Origin: Halarcobacter sp.
GTDB taxonomy: Bacteria; Campylobacterota; Campylobacteria; Campylobacterales; Arcobacteraceae
Direction of reading: 5' to 3'
Assembly (NCBI GenBank): GCA_963676565.1
Contig: OY781089.1
Location: 1,216,001-1,280,000 of the forward strand
Length of the DNA: 64,000 nt
Shown here: positions 29,061 to 39,615 of the stretch, in pieces
Numbering within the stretch: position 1 is the stretch's first letter
How the letters are laid out: each line of letters begins with the position of its first letter
Translations under genes and position numbers: made by a program
Notes under the pieces: model-generated
Databases searched by the model: none
Told to the model about the DNA's origin: nothing
The model's input: only the letters and a program-made list of their open reading frames with translations

Positions 29061-29909
29061 ATGAAATATAAAAAACTATTTTTCCCTATTGGTGGTGGAG
29101 ATGAATTAGAAGAGAGACTTTACGGAGCTTTCTTGATTGCAAAACATTTTAATGTCAGTCTTGAAGTTTTAAAATGTGGATTAAAAACGAATATGAGTAT
29201 ATATAAAGCACTATCAATACCTAAAGATATTATGCAAAAGATTGATGAAGTAGTTGATACGAAACTAGATGATGAAAATCATCAGATGCAAGAACTATTT
29301 GAGAAAATAGCAGCCGAAGTAAGTATAAAAGTTTCACAAAAAGCTCTTGAAAACGAAGCAAATACTTTTTTAAATATAAAAGAAGGTTTGCGAAGCTCCC
29401 TAGTTGAACAAGAGTCAAAGTTTTGTGATTTGGTTATAGCAGCAGCTCCTCCTTCTGGTGTTACAACTGCAACTTTTGAAACAGCAGTGTTAAAAAGTGG
29501 TAAATGTGTACTTATGTTCCCTAGAGTAATGAGAAATTTTAAAACGGACTCAATCATTATTGGATGGAACAATTCCCCTGAAGCATCACGTGCAGTTACT
29601 TCATCAATTGATATTTTAAAACAAGCTCAAAGAGTACACATAGTCTCTTCAGAAGAGTATACAGATGATTTAGAAAAAATGAATAGATTAAGAGAATACC
29701 TTTTATATCATGGAATTGATGCAAGTTATGAGATAGTTAAAACAACAAGGATACCAGGACAAGCGCTTTTAAATGCCGCTCTTGATGGAAATTTTGATTT
29801 AATTGTTGCCGGTTCTTACGGACATAAGGGCTTAAAAGAGCTTATGTTTGGTGGAGCTACAAGATATTTATTAGAAAAATCAACACTTCCTATTTTTATG
29901 TCCCACTAA
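29061..29909 (+). CDS. Universal stress protein
   Basis: IIGWNNSPEASRAV, DLIVAGSYGH, MFGGATRYLL. Confidence 0.9.
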   Translation: MKYKKLFFPIGGGDELEERLYGAFLIAKHFNVSLEVLKCGLKTNMSIYKALSIPKDIMQKIDEVVDTKLDDENHQMQELFEKIAAEVSIKVSQKALENEANTFLNIKEGLRSSLVEQESKFCDLVIAAAPPSGVTTATFETAVLKSGKCVLMFPRVMRNFKTDSIIIGWNNSPEASRAVTSSIDILKQAQRVHIVSSEEYTDDLEKMNRLREYLLYHGIDASYEIVKTTRIPGQALLNAALDGNFDLIVAGSYGHKGLKELMFGGATRYLLEKSTLPIFMSH

Positions 29910-29928
29910 TTTATGGTAGAATCTACTT

Positions 29929-30585
29929 ATGAAACTATTAATCCTTGAAGACAATGAAACTTTAGCAGATGGTATTTATAAAAAGCTAAAAGAGATAGGT
30001 TTTATTGCGGATGTTTTTTATGAGGGGGAAGAGGGACTTTTCGCTTTAGAAACATCTACATATGACCTTCTTATTTTAGACTTAGGTCTTCCTGGGATTG
30101 ATGGAATCGATATTATAAAAAAGCTACGTAGCTCTCAAAAAAATCTTCCTATTTTAGTTATATCTGCAAGGGATAGATTAGATCAAAGAATTTTAGGTTT
30201 AGATACTGGTGCGGATGATTATATATGTAAACCTTTTGAACTAGATGAAGTTGTTGCAAGGGTACAAGCCCTTCTTAGAAGAAGTAATAATCAAACTTCA
30301 AATATCATAAAATATAATGACTTGGAATTTAACTCTCAAACTTTATCTTTAACAAGAGGTGAAGAAAAAATTGAATTAAGTAAAAGAGAATTAACTATCT
30401 TTGAATATCTACTTCAAAATCTAAATGCAATAGTAAGTAAAGAAAATATAGTAGAACATATAACCTCCATAGATGATGAATTTAATCCAACTGCCGTTGA
30501 AACTTATGTCTCAAGACTTAGAAAAAAACTGGGAGATTCCATAAATTTAAAAACAGTTAGAGGTTTAGGTTATATGATGAGTTAA
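29929..30585 (+). CDS. tctD: OmpR-family response regulator (TctD-like)
   Basis: REC + wHTH (VETYVSRLRKKL, TVRGLGY); adjacent to TTT genes. Confidence 0.8.
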   Translation: MKLLILEDNETLADGIYKKLKEIGFIADVFYEGEEGLFALETSTYDLLILDLGLPGIDGIDIIKKLRSSQKNLPILVISARDRLDQRILGLDTGADDYICKPFELDEVVARVQALLRRSNNQTSNIIKYNDLEFNSQTLSLTRGEEKIELSKRELTIFEYLLQNLNAIVSKENIVEHITSIDDEFNPTAVETYVSRLRKKLGDSINLKTVRGLGYMMS

Positions 30586-30586
30586 T

Positions 30587-31960
30587 ATGGAACAAAACAC
30601 AACATCTATTAAATCAAGCCTTATTGCTTGGCTAACTTTCCCACTATTTATATTCACCATGATTCTTTTTGTATATATATATTTTGTTTTAGAAAAAAAA
30701 GTTACAGATTTTTTTGATAATAGATTAAAAGCTAGTGCTAAAAGTATTGAATATAGTATTGGAATAAAGAATTCAAAACTTTATGTTGATATACCTAGTT
30801 TTTCAATTGAGTTGCTTTCTTCAAACGATAAAGGTTTAATTTATTACTCTGTGGTTGATGAAGATAATAGACTTCTTGTGGGATATGAGTCTTTATTAAA
30901 TAAAAAAAGACTAGTAGATGAAGAGGTTATATTTTATAATACTAAATATAATAATTCCAATTTAAGAATAGTATCATATAAAATGTCCCTTTATAGTGCC
31001 GGAAAAGCTTATAATGCCTATATTACTTTAGGAGAGACTACAGAAGAAAGAGATGAAAATATAAACTATGTATTAAGTCTACTTTTAATTATAATGGTAA
31101 TAGTAATCGTCTCAACTGTATTAATAACTCTTGTTGCAGTCTCTGAGGGATTAAAGCCACTAAATAGACTAAAGAAAATTATAAAAAAAAGAGATGAAAG
31201 GGATTTAGAACCCCTTATTTTTAATGCCCCTAAAGAGGTTGAAGATATTGTAAAAAGTATCAATATCTTATTAGAAAGAAGCAGAGATACTATTGATTAT
31301 ATAGAACAATTCAACTCAGATGTATCCCATCAATTAAGAACTCCTCTTGCCGAGATGAAAGTAAAATTAGAGTTTTTATATGATAAAGATGATAAAGATT
31401 ATATAGCTTTAAACTCTCTTCTAAATAATATGTCACATATAACCGAGCAGCTTCTTTTATATGCAAAAACAAATCCTAATACTATAAATCTAAAACGATT
31501 CAAAAAACAAAGCCTAAATAAGATTTGTAAAGAGTATAGTTTAAAAACTGCCCCAAGAGTATATGAAAAAGGTTTTGAATTTGCCTTTGAAAATATGGAA
31601 GAAGAGATTTTTATTAATTGTGACCAAATCCTTCTTGAGAGTATGTTAGATAATATAATAAACAATGCTTTACACTATGCAGTTGATGAAAATGGAAATC
31701 CTATGGGAACAATTACCTTATCTTTAGAAAGACACAATAATACTGTTTGGTTAAATGTAAAAGATGAAGGGAATGGTGTGGATAAAAAGTTTTTAAAGAC
31801 TATTTTTGAGAGATACTATAGAGTTGACTCTAAAAAAAGTGGTTCAGGATTAGGACTTAGTATTGTAAAACAAATAGCTATACTCCATAATGCAAAGGTT
31901 CAAGCAATAAATGAAAATGGATTAAAAATATCTTTAATCTTTGATTTACCAAAAGCTTAA
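30587..31960 (+). CDS. tctE: Sensor kinase (TctE-like)
   Basis: DVSHQLRTPL, GSGLGL; gene context. Confidence 0.8.
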   Translation: MEQNTTSIKSSLIAWLTFPLFIFTMILFVYIYFVLEKKVTDFFDNRLKASAKSIEYSIGIKNSKLYVDIPSFSIELLSSNDKGLIYYSVVDEDNRLLVGYESLLNKKRLVDEEVIFYNTKYNNSNLRIVSYKMSLYSAGKAYNAYITLGETTEERDENINYVLSLLLIIMVIVIVSTVLITLVAVSEGLKPLNRLKKIIKKRDERDLEPLIFNAPKEVEDIVKSINILLERSRDTIDYIEQFNSDVSHQLRTPLAEMKVKLEFLYDKDDKDYIALNSLLNNMSHITEQLLLYAKTNPNTINLKRFKKQSLNKICKEYSLKTAPRVYEKGFEFAFENMEEEIFINCDQILLESMLDNIINNALHYAVDENGNPMGTITLSLERHNNTVWLNVKDEGNGVDKKFLKTIFERYYRVDSKKSGSGLGLSIVKQIAILHNAKVQAINENGLKISLIFDLPKA

Positions 31961-31962
31961 AA

Positions 31963-32931
31963 CTAATCTTCTATTAAATAGTTATATTTTTTAAAATCTT
32001 CATATGAGTTTTTTAAAATTTTTGTAGAATTTTTTGAACCTATCCATGAATAACCAATATTTTTTCTTTTTAAATATCTATGTACAGATTTTTTTGCCAA
32101 GGTCTTTTTAATTGCATTTTCTAGAATTCTAAATCTATGGGGAAAATCTTCTTTAAATTTTTTTGAAACAGCAATTCCTCTTATTGGTCCATTTATAATA
32201 GGCATTGTGATACCTGTATCTTTTATTGTATCATTTAAAGTTGGGGCATCCCATCTTTTAGATGGTTTACTGGATACAATAGCAAGTGGCTTTATATCTT
32301 CTCTATACTTTTCACTTCCTTGAGCTGCAATAACAAGAAGATCAACTTTTGATTCAAGTAATGCTTTTCTTGCACTTCCACCACCACTATAAAGTTTTAT
32401 ATTTACATCTTTAAAAGGGATGTTAAATTTCTCTAGTAATAGTTTAAAAAGAATATGTCCACTTGATTTATTTATTAGTGCTACTTTTAACTCTTTTGGA
32501 TTCTTTTTTATATAATTTAAAACTTCAATTATAGAGTTAAATTCAGAGTCTTTTTCCACTGCAATGAAATCTTGTTCAAACCATTGAAGATTTATTATTT
32601 CAAAATCATCTAGTGAAAAATCTGTTTTTTTACTTATTATTAGATTTAATAGATATGGAGAAAAAGTAGAACAAAAAACCTTATATCCATCATGGGGTTC
32701 TTTTAAAACATAATTAGCAGCATCTAAAGAGCCATTTGTTTTGATTGTTTTCACATTAATATACACACCTAATTCTTCTTGAAGAAGTGATGCCATATTT
32801 CTTGTCATTCTATCTGCACTTCCACCTTCACCAAGACCAACTACAAACTCAATTGGTTTATTAGGATAATCAAGTGAAAAAAGCAAACTTTTTAACAAAA
32901 TAAAAAATAAAAAGATAAATCTCATATTCAA
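31963..32931 (-). CDS. TctC-family substrate-binding protein
   Basis: YPNKPIEFVVGLGEGGSAD. Confidence 0.85.
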   Translation of the reverse strand: MNMRFIFLFFILLKSLLFSLDYPNKPIEFVVGLGEGGSADRMTRNMASLLQEELGVYINVKTIKTNGSLDAANYVLKEPHDGYKVFCSTFSPYLLNLIISKKTDFSLDDFEIINLQWFEQDFIAVEKDSEFNSIIEVLNYIKKNPKELKVALINKSSGHILFKLLLEKFNIPFKDVNIKLYSGGGSARKALLESKVDLLVIAAQGSEKYREDIKPLAIVSSKPSKRWDAPTLNDTIKDTGITMPIINGPIRGIAVSKKFKEDFPHRFRILENAIKKTLAKKSVHRYLKRKNIGYSWIGSKNSTKILKNSYEDFKKYNYLIED

Positions 32932-32934
32932 ACC

Positions 32935-33693
32935 TTACATCAAAACAATTCCATCATAAATTAATTTACTTCCTAGTATAAGTATAACAACTTTTAAAAT
33001 CATTTTAAATAGTTCATTACTACTTTTATCAAGAAGTTTTTTACCTGCAAGTGTTCCTAAATATGAAAATAGGATTAACAAAAGAATTAAAAATATCCAA
33101 GGAGTATAATCAAATCCTAAGCCACCAAAAATAATTGCCTTCCCAAAATTTTGAAAAGATACACACCAAGCAAGAGTTCCAACTATTAGATGTCTTTTTG
33201 TTAAAATTGAAGATAAAAAAATTGCAATTAATGGTCCCATAACACCAACAAACATTGTTAAGAACCCTGTTATTATACCAAAAACTACAATTAGAAAATT
33301 AGATACTTTTTCAAACTTTAAATTAGGAAGTAGGTTTAATACAATAATTCCAACTCCCAAAGAAAGTTTCATTATATATTCAGGTAAAGATATCAAAAAG
33401 TAGATACTTAAAGTATATCCTATAAGGGTTCCAATCATAAAAAGAATGAAAAATTTTACTAAAAAAGATTTCCTAAATAGAAAAGAGCGTAAAAGTCCTG
33501 ATCCCGATTGTGTAAGTGCATGAATTGAAAGAAGTGCAGTAGGAGGAAGAACCATACTCATCCCTCCTATTACTAAAAGTCCTCCACCAGAACCAACTGT
33601 TGTTGATATAGCTGCTCCTATAAAACAGCATATTATTAATATAAATATATCAAAAAGCTCTAGTGGAAGATAAAAAAAGTCCATCTTATACAA
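32935..33693 (-). CDS. TauE/SafE-family membrane protein
   Basis: VGSGGGLL, FVGVMGP, multi-TM. Confidence 0.8.
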   Translation of the reverse strand: MYKMDFFYLPLELFDIFILIICCFIGAAISTTVGSGGGLLVIGGMSMVLPPTALLSIHALTQSGSGLLRSFLFRKSFLVKFFILFMIGTLIGYTLSIYFLISLPEYIMKLSLGVGIIVLNLLPNLKFEKVSNFLIVVFGIITGFLTMFVGVMGPLIAIFLSSILTKRHLIVGTLAWCVSFQNFGKAIIFGGLGFDYTPWIFLILLLILFSYLGTLAGKKLLDKSSNELFKMILKVVILILGSKLIYDGIVLM

Positions 33694-34756
33694 AAACCTC
33701 TCCGGCCATTAGAAGTCTAGCCGTTCTTGTTGTTTTTCCTTCCACATCTTTTATATCTGTTGTAGGAAAATTTACTCCAACATCGATTGTTCCTGAAGGT
33801 GTTTCTATTTTCACAATGTGTTCTCCAATTTCAAACTCTTTAGAGTTTATTTGATGTAAGATAGTCCCTTTTATAAAAGAACCAGCTGCTACACAAAAAC
33901 CTGCACTCACTGCAAGAGCTGGGTGAGCAGTTGTAGGGGTAAAATATCGAATATTTATATCCCCATCATTTTTTGCCTCTGAAATAATTGCAAATTTTGG
34001 AATTACATTTCCTTTTGCATTACCTAAGCCCATCTTCTGTGAAGCTTGTTCTCTAATTGATTCTATTTTTTCAAAAAGCTCTTTTTTTGCATCAAGTTCA
34101 TTTGGTGTTTCATATCCTGTTAAACCCATATCTTTAGCTTTTACAAAAACAACTGGCATAGAGATATCTAAACAAGTTGCCTTAACCCCATCAAAAATAT
34201 CATATGTATTTCCAGTAGGAAGATAATCTCCTGTTTTCCCACCAGTTATATTTTTAAAAAACATTTTTATAGGAGAAGCTGTACCTGGAACTCCTGCTAT
34301 CTCAAAGTCACCATGGTATTGAACTGTTCTATTTGGAGTTTGGATTACTTGGGTAATAGTTGCACCTGTATTTACATCATATACATTTACTGTTGTTTCA
34401 CCATCTTCTACAGATACCAAACCTTTTTCAATCCCAAATGCTCCAACAGCTGTGAGAATATTACCGCAAGTTGGTTTATCATCTGCTATTGCTTCATCTA
34501 TACTTGGTTGGATAAATTTATACTCTAAATCTATCCCTTCCCTTTTTGATACTGATATAATAGCAACTTTTGTAGTAACTGTTGTTGCCCCACCTATACC
34601 ATCAATTTGTCTAATATCAGGGCTTCCCATAATCTTTAAAATTAAATTATGTCTTTCCTCTTTATCTTTAGGTAAATCATTATCTAAAAAATATGCACCT
34701 TTAGAAGTTCCTGATCTATATAAAATACAGCTAATTCTTTTTAAATCATTCATCAT
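33686..34756 (-). CDS. PrpF/4-oxalomesaconate tautomerase-family isomerase
   Basis: RSGTSKGAYF, QIDGIGGA, CGNIL, RTARLLMAGEV. Confidence 0.85.
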   Translation of the reverse strand: MMNDLKRISCILYRSGTSKGAYFLDNDLPKDKEERHNLILKIMGSPDIRQIDGIGGATTVTTKVAIISVSKREGIDLEYKFIQPSIDEAIADDKPTCGNILTAVGAFGIEKGLVSVEDGETTVNVYDVNTGATITQVIQTPNRTVQYHGDFEIAGVPGTASPIKMFFKNITGGKTGDYLPTGNTYDIFDGVKATCLDISMPVVFVKAKDMGLTGYETPNELDAKKELFEKIESIREQASQKMGLGNAKGNVIPKFAIISEAKNDGDINIRYFTPTTAHPALAVSAGFCVAAGSFIKGTILHQINSKEFEIGEHIVKIETPSGTIDVGVNFPTTDIKDVEGKTTRTARLLMAGEVFV

Positions 34757-34757
34757 T

Positions 34758-36749
34758 TTATGCTCCTGTTATTGCATCATAAATTAAACCTGTTGGAAGG
34801 TGAAGTGTCATAATATGGCTTATAAATAGAAGAAACCCTATTGCCACACCAGTAATAATGAATATTTTTAACCAAGAAGATTTCATCTTTGTTCTAATAA
34901 TTATTATAAAAAGAATTGCTAATGATGGAACAAAACCTAAAATCCAAGTTCCCAATAAGAAAATAGGAAGGATTAAAAAGTTTTTCCAAATATCAATCCA
35001 TGTAGATGAAAGCTGTCCATTTTCAGTAATTGCAACTGATAAAATATCATTTTGTCTTTTTTTAGATGTAATTTGAATTGATAATATAACTCCAAAAAAT
35101 AGAAGTAATGAACTAATTACTATTGGAAAAATACCACCTAAAAATTGGTGTCCCCAAGAGTCAATTAATGCAAATAAACCAAATGCCATAAGAAGCCAGA
35201 TAAATAATAATTCTCCTGTAAAAAATGAGTACGGATAATTTGTAGTTTCTTCTTCATTTTGTATATTTAATTCTTTCTCTTTTTTAGAATCTCTATTTTT
35301 AAAATAAACACTAATTAAAACTGAAGCGACCATAAATACTATTAAAATAATTACACCTGGTCTTTCCATCATTTCCCAAGAATAAAACTGAACTGCTTGA
35401 TAATAATATGTTTCAATTGTTCCAGCTAAAACAAAACCAATAAGTAGGGCAGGTCTTGGCCAATCAAAGTATTTAAATAGTGTACCTAATGCACCAATTG
35501 CAATTAAAAGCATTAAATCTTCTAAAGATCTTGTTGCTTGAAGTGCAGCAAAGAAGATAATCATTAACATAAATGGAGCAACATATCCATAAGGAATAGT
35601 TGTAATTTTTGAAATCTTATTTGATAGAAGCATACAAGTTCCAGTACCAACAACATTTGCAATTGCTAAAGACCAAATAATAATATATGAAACCTCTAAG
35701 TTCTCATTAACCATTCCAGGTCCAGGTTCAATTCCAAGAATTACAAGTCCACCTAAGAATACAGCCATAGAACCACTTCCAGGGATACCAAATAGAAGTG
35801 TTGGAACTAATCCTCCACCTTCTTTTGCATTATTTGCTGATTCAGGAGCAATAACTCCCCTTACATCACCTTTACCAAATTGTGATTTATCTTTTGAAGT
35901 TTGTACAACATGACCATAAGCAATCCAGTCAACAACACTTCCTCCCAGACCAGGAATAGCACCAATCATAGCACCAATTGGAGCACAACGTGCTACTATC
36001 CATCTTGAAATCCATACATCTTTAATACCTTGAACAAAACTTCCTCCAAGCTTTTCAGCTTTTGAAATCTTTTTGTTCTCAACTAATAAAGAGATGATTT
36101 CAGGAACTGCATAAACACCAAGTCCTAAAATTACAAGTTTAATACCATCATATAAATAGTAACTATCCATTGTCATTCTAAATTCACCAGTTGCTGGTGC
36201 TGAACCAACTGATCCTAAAAGAAGTCCAATTGCAGCAGCTATAAATCCTTTATATAAAGATTTACCACTTAAAACCCCAACCATACTAAGTCCAAAAATA
36301 CCTAAAATAAATAGTTCAGCAGATCCAAGTTTTAAAATTAAATCTCTTGCAAAGATTATAAATATAGATAAAATTAAAGCACCTAATAGTCCTCCAATTA
36401 ATGAAGCAGAAAATGCAGCTCCAAGTGCTCTTGCTGCTTCACCTTTTTTAGACATAGGATATCCATCAAGAACTGTTGCTTGAGAAGCAGAAGAACCTGG
36501 TATTCCCATAAGAACTGAAGTAAAAGTATCTGAGGTTGGAATAACTGCAACCATACCAATTAGCATTGCTAATGCTGAGGTTTGATCCATACCATAAAGA
36601 AATGGTAACATTATAGAAAAACCTACAATACCTCCTAATCCTGGTAAAATCCCAACTAAAATTCCTAAAAACACTCCACCAAGTAGATAAATCATATGAT
36701 GAATTTGCATTAATTCAGAAAATGCATTCATAAGTGTTTCAAAAGCCAT
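34758..36749 (-). CDS. tctA: TctA permease with C-terminal TctB-like extension
   Basis: GILPGLG, APESANNA, LFGIPGS; ~170 extra TM-rich residues. Confidence 0.85.
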   Translation of the reverse strand: MAFETLMNAFSELMQIHHMIYLLGGVFLGILVGILPGLGGIVGFSIMLPFLYGMDQTSALAMLIGMVAVIPTSDTFTSVLMGIPGSSASQATVLDGYPMSKKGEAARALGAAFSASLIGGLLGALILSIFIIFARDLILKLGSAELFILGIFGLSMVGVLSGKSLYKGFIAAAIGLLLGSVGSAPATGEFRMTMDSYYLYDGIKLVILGLGVYAVPEIISLLVENKKISKAEKLGGSFVQGIKDVWISRWIVARCAPIGAMIGAIPGLGGSVVDWIAYGHVVQTSKDKSQFGKGDVRGVIAPESANNAKEGGGLVPTLLFGIPGSGSMAVFLGGLVILGIEPGPGMVNENLEVSYIIIWSLAIANVVGTGTCMLLSNKISKITTIPYGYVAPFMLMIIFFAALQATRSLEDLMLLIAIGALGTLFKYFDWPRPALLIGFVLAGTIETYYYQAVQFYSWEMMERPGVIILIVFMVASVLISVYFKNRDSKKEKELNIQNEEETTNYPYSFFTGELLFIWLLMAFGLFALIDSWGHQFLGGIFPIVISSLLLFFGVILSIQITSKKRQNDILSVAITENGQLSSTWIDIWKNFLILPIFLLGTWILGFVPSLAILFIIIIRTKMKSSWLKIFIITGVAIGFLLFISHIMTLHLPTGLIYDAITGA

Positions 36750-36795
36750 CTTAAATCCTTTCTCGAAGTACTACTACTTCTCATTTTATAAAAGA

Positions 36796-36828
36796 AGATT
36801 AACATTCTACTCTGGCATGAAACTTGCA
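36796..36828 (-). promoter_or_regulatory. Regulon box 2 + -10
   Basis: TGCAAGTTTCATGCCAGA-N9-TAATCT. Confidence 0.75.
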
Positions 36829-36868
36829 TTTTTTTGTAAAAAAAGTAATATTAAAAATCTGTAAAAAT

Positions 36869-36905
36869 AAAAAAAGCCACCATCGTCAAATAGATGGTGG
36901 CTTTT
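36869..36905 (-). terminator. Rho-independent terminator of tctC
   Basis: aaaagccaccatc / gatggtggctttt 13-bp stem. Confidence 0.85.
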
Positions 36906-36929
36906 AGAAGGAAGGGTTAAATTTTATGT

Positions 36930-38039
36930 TTAGAATCTAACGTTATAGTTAGTAGTAAGCCAATTTTGAATCCACTTTCTATCTTCATCGTTTACGTTTG
37001 TTGCAGTTGATTTAAGCTTGTCTGCTTTTTCTCCAACTGTTTGAGGATAAATACCAAGTTGTTGTTCACTCATTGCTTTAAATTCTGGGTCTGAAACAAT
37101 CTTTTTCATCGCATTTTGGTAAGTTTCAACAACATCATTTGATACATCTTTTGGCAACATAATCATCTTTTGAGATGGGAATGAAGCTGTAAAGAATGTT
37201 TTCCATGCATTAAAGGCATCACCTGATGGTTTTTTACCATGAACTTTTTCATATACTTCACCAAAATGTGGTAAATTTGGGAAAGTTGGGTCTCTTTGGA
37301 AATCGCCATTATCATCTAGTGTTCCCCACGCAAATAAAGGAACAGCTCTACCATCTTTTTGTGCAGGTAATACATTTTTAATATAAGAAGACGTAGTTTG
37401 GAAATCAATATTTGTTTCCCCTCTTAAAAATGCAAGTCTTGTTGACTTTTTACCTTTCATACCAAATACTGGTTGAGTTTTAATATCTAATAAATCAAAT
37501 GCTAGTAATGCAATTAAATCCATAGAAGTTGCACCTTGAGATCCAAACTTTAATTCTTGAGAACTAAGCTTATCTAAATCATCAATACTATTAACTCCTA
37601 GTTTAGATGATACATAAACAACTCCACCAGTTGGTGAAGAGATTACTGCTTTCCAATTTTTATAATCATATCTTACTCTTTTATCTCCAAGAAGAAATGG
37701 GATTTGAGTTGAAGCAGATGAAGCAAAAATTGTTAAACCATCTTTTGAAGCTCTTTTTGCAAAGAAGTTTGCACCTTTAGTTGAACCACCACCTGGCATA
37801 TTTTTAATTACAACAGTTGGTTGTCCTGGAAGATTTTTAGAAATTAAAGGAGCATAAAATCTACTCCATTTATCAGTTCCTCCGCCAGCTTTATAAGGAA
37901 CTATCCATTCAATAGTTTTCCCTTTAAAACTAACCTCTTTTGCTGTTGCAACATTTACTAGCATCCCTAGTGCTAGAGTTGAAGCTAAAATTGTCTTTGT
38001 CATTTTACCTGTAAACAGGATTCCTTTTCTAGTCATCAT
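36930..38039 (-). CDS. tctC: TctC-family substrate-binding protein
   Basis: WIVPYKAGGGTD, NMPGGGS. Confidence 0.9.
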   Translation of the reverse strand: MMTRKGILFTGKMTKTILASTLALGMLVNVATAKEVSFKGKTIEWIVPYKAGGGTDKWSRFYAPLISKNLPGQPTVVIKNMPGGGSTKGANFFAKRASKDGLTIFASSASTQIPFLLGDKRVRYDYKNWKAVISSPTGGVVYVSSKLGVNSIDDLDKLSSQELKFGSQGATSMDLIALLAFDLLDIKTQPVFGMKGKKSTRLAFLRGETNIDFQTTSSYIKNVLPAQKDGRAVPLFAWGTLDDNGDFQRDPTFPNLPHFGEVYEKVHGKKPSGDAFNAWKTFFTASFPSQKMIMLPKDVSNDVVETYQNAMKKIVSDPEFKAMSEQQLGIYPQTVGEKADKLKSTATNVNDEDRKWIQNWLTTNYNVRF

Positions 38040-38069
38040 GTTAAATCCTTTTTTTGATTTTATGTTGGA

Positions 38070-38102
38070 AGATTAACATTGGATTCTGGCATGAACCTTG
38101 CA
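38070..38102 (-). promoter_or_regulatory. Regulon box 3 + -10
   Basis: TGCAAGGTTCATGCCAGA-N9-TAATCT. Confidence 0.75.
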
Positions 38103-38164
38103 GAATTGTAAGTTTTATATTGAGATTTCAAATGCTATTTTATTGCTATGTTTAGGGCTTTTTT

Positions 38165-38197
38165 TGCAAGATTATTGACAGAATCCAATGTTAATAT
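38165..38197 (+). promoter_or_regulatory. Regulon box 4 + -10
   Basis: TGCAAGATTATTGACAGA-N9-TAATAT. Confidence 0.75.
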
Positions 38198-38256
38198 CAC
38201 ACATTGATTTTATTTAGTGACTGCTAGATAAAAAATCTACATAAAAAAGGAATAAA

Positions 38257-39474
38257 ATGGGGAAATCATATAAAAGAAGCCTTATTGCTGCATTTTTAAT
38301 AGTATCAACAGGTTCACAAGTTTTAGCTTCTGATTCAGTAGTAGAAGCTTTTACAAATGGAAAAGTGAAAGGTGAATTAAAATCATACTATTTTAATGAA
38401 GCTTATGATTCGGCAACATCATCAGATAATAATGTATGGGCGAATGGTATAAAATTAGGATATAAAACTGATTCATATAAAGGGATAAGTTTAGGAGCGA
38501 CATTTCAAGGAGCGGATGTTACATCTATAGATGATGATGCCAATAAACAGACAAAAACTATGAATGCTGGTGGAGCAGTTTTATCAGAAGCTTATGTAAA
38601 CTACAAATATAAAAATACACAGTTTAAAGGTGGTAGACAGTTTATCTCTTTACCTTTAATAAAAGGTTCTGGTTCAAGACTTATAAAAGAATCATTTGAG
38701 GGATATTTTTTATCTAACACAGATATACCTGATACACTTATCTCTTTAGGAAAAATCACTAAATATCAAACAAGAACAGATGCAGTTACATCAACAACTA
38801 ATGCCGCATCATTTACAAACTCAGATTCAAATACAGGTGATGTTGGGGAATTTAATAAAATTGGAACAAATGGAGCTATATCTTTATATTTAAAGAATAA
38901 GTCAATTGAAAACTTAACTATTCAAACTCACTATGTTGATTTTATTGATGAAGTAGCTGATTTATATATTGATGCTAAATATAATTTTGGTGGAGAGTTT
39001 AAACCATATATTGCAGCACAATACTATAACTCAAACTATGATAATAGTGCAACAAAAGATAGCTTTATGACAGGATATAAAGTGGGTGCAACATTTGCTG
39101 GTTATAATATACATGCTTCATATACTTCAACAGATGATGATGGAAATGTAAATAGAGGTATTGGTGAAGCTGCAACAGCATCATTTACATCTGCTACAGC
39201 AACTACAGGAAACTATACAGCAGGAACAGATACTTGGCAAGTAGGAGTTTCTAAAAAGTTTGGTGACTTATCAGCGGAAGTGAAGTACACAAGTAGTGAT
39301 GCTGAATTAAAAAAGAATGACTTAGACCAAATATATTTAGGGTTAAAATATAAATTCTCTGGTGAGCTTAAAAATCTTTCATTATCAACTGAATATACTA
39401 TTTATGACTATGGACAAGGTAATGAAGCAAAAGAAAAAAATGAATTAAGAGCAAAACTAATTTATAAATTCTAA
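38257..39474 (+). CDS. OprD-family outer-membrane porin
   Basis: Signal peptide, LSEAYVNY, GGRQ, C-terminal ELRAKLIYKF. Confidence 0.85.
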   Translation: MGKSYKRSLIAAFLIVSTGSQVLASDSVVEAFTNGKVKGELKSYYFNEAYDSATSSDNNVWANGIKLGYKTDSYKGISLGATFQGADVTSIDDDANKQTKTMNAGGAVLSEAYVNYKYKNTQFKGGRQFISLPLIKGSGSRLIKESFEGYFLSNTDIPDTLISLGKITKYQTRTDAVTSTTNAASFTNSDSNTGDVGEFNKIGTNGAISLYLKNKSIENLTIQTHYVDFIDEVADLYIDAKYNFGGEFKPYIAAQYYNSNYDNSATKDSFMTGYKVGATFAGYNIHASYTSTDDDGNVNRGIGEAATASFTSATATTGNYTAGTDTWQVGVSKKFGDLSAEVKYTSSDAELKKNDLDQIYLGLKYKFSGELKNLSLSTEYTIYDYGQGNEAKEKNELRAKLIYKF

Positions 39475-39515
39475 TGATTATCTTCTAAAATTAGAAATCA
39501 ATATGCGCGAACAAG

Positions 39516-39543
39516 AAAAAAAGGAGCTAAGACTCCTTTTTTT
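39516..39543 (+). terminator. Rho-independent terminator
   Basis: aaaaaaaggag-ctaaga-ctccttttttt. Confidence 0.8.
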
Positions 39544-39558
39544 AATTTTATCTATACT

Positions 39559-39591
39559 TGCAAGATTTATGACAGAAAAATAAAGTACTAT
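39559..39591 (+). promoter_or_regulatory. Regulon box 5 + -10
   Basis: TGCAAGATTTATGACAGA-N9-TACTAT. Confidence 0.75.
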
Positions 39592-39615
39592 TCGAAAAAA
39601 TTAAAAAGGATTAAC

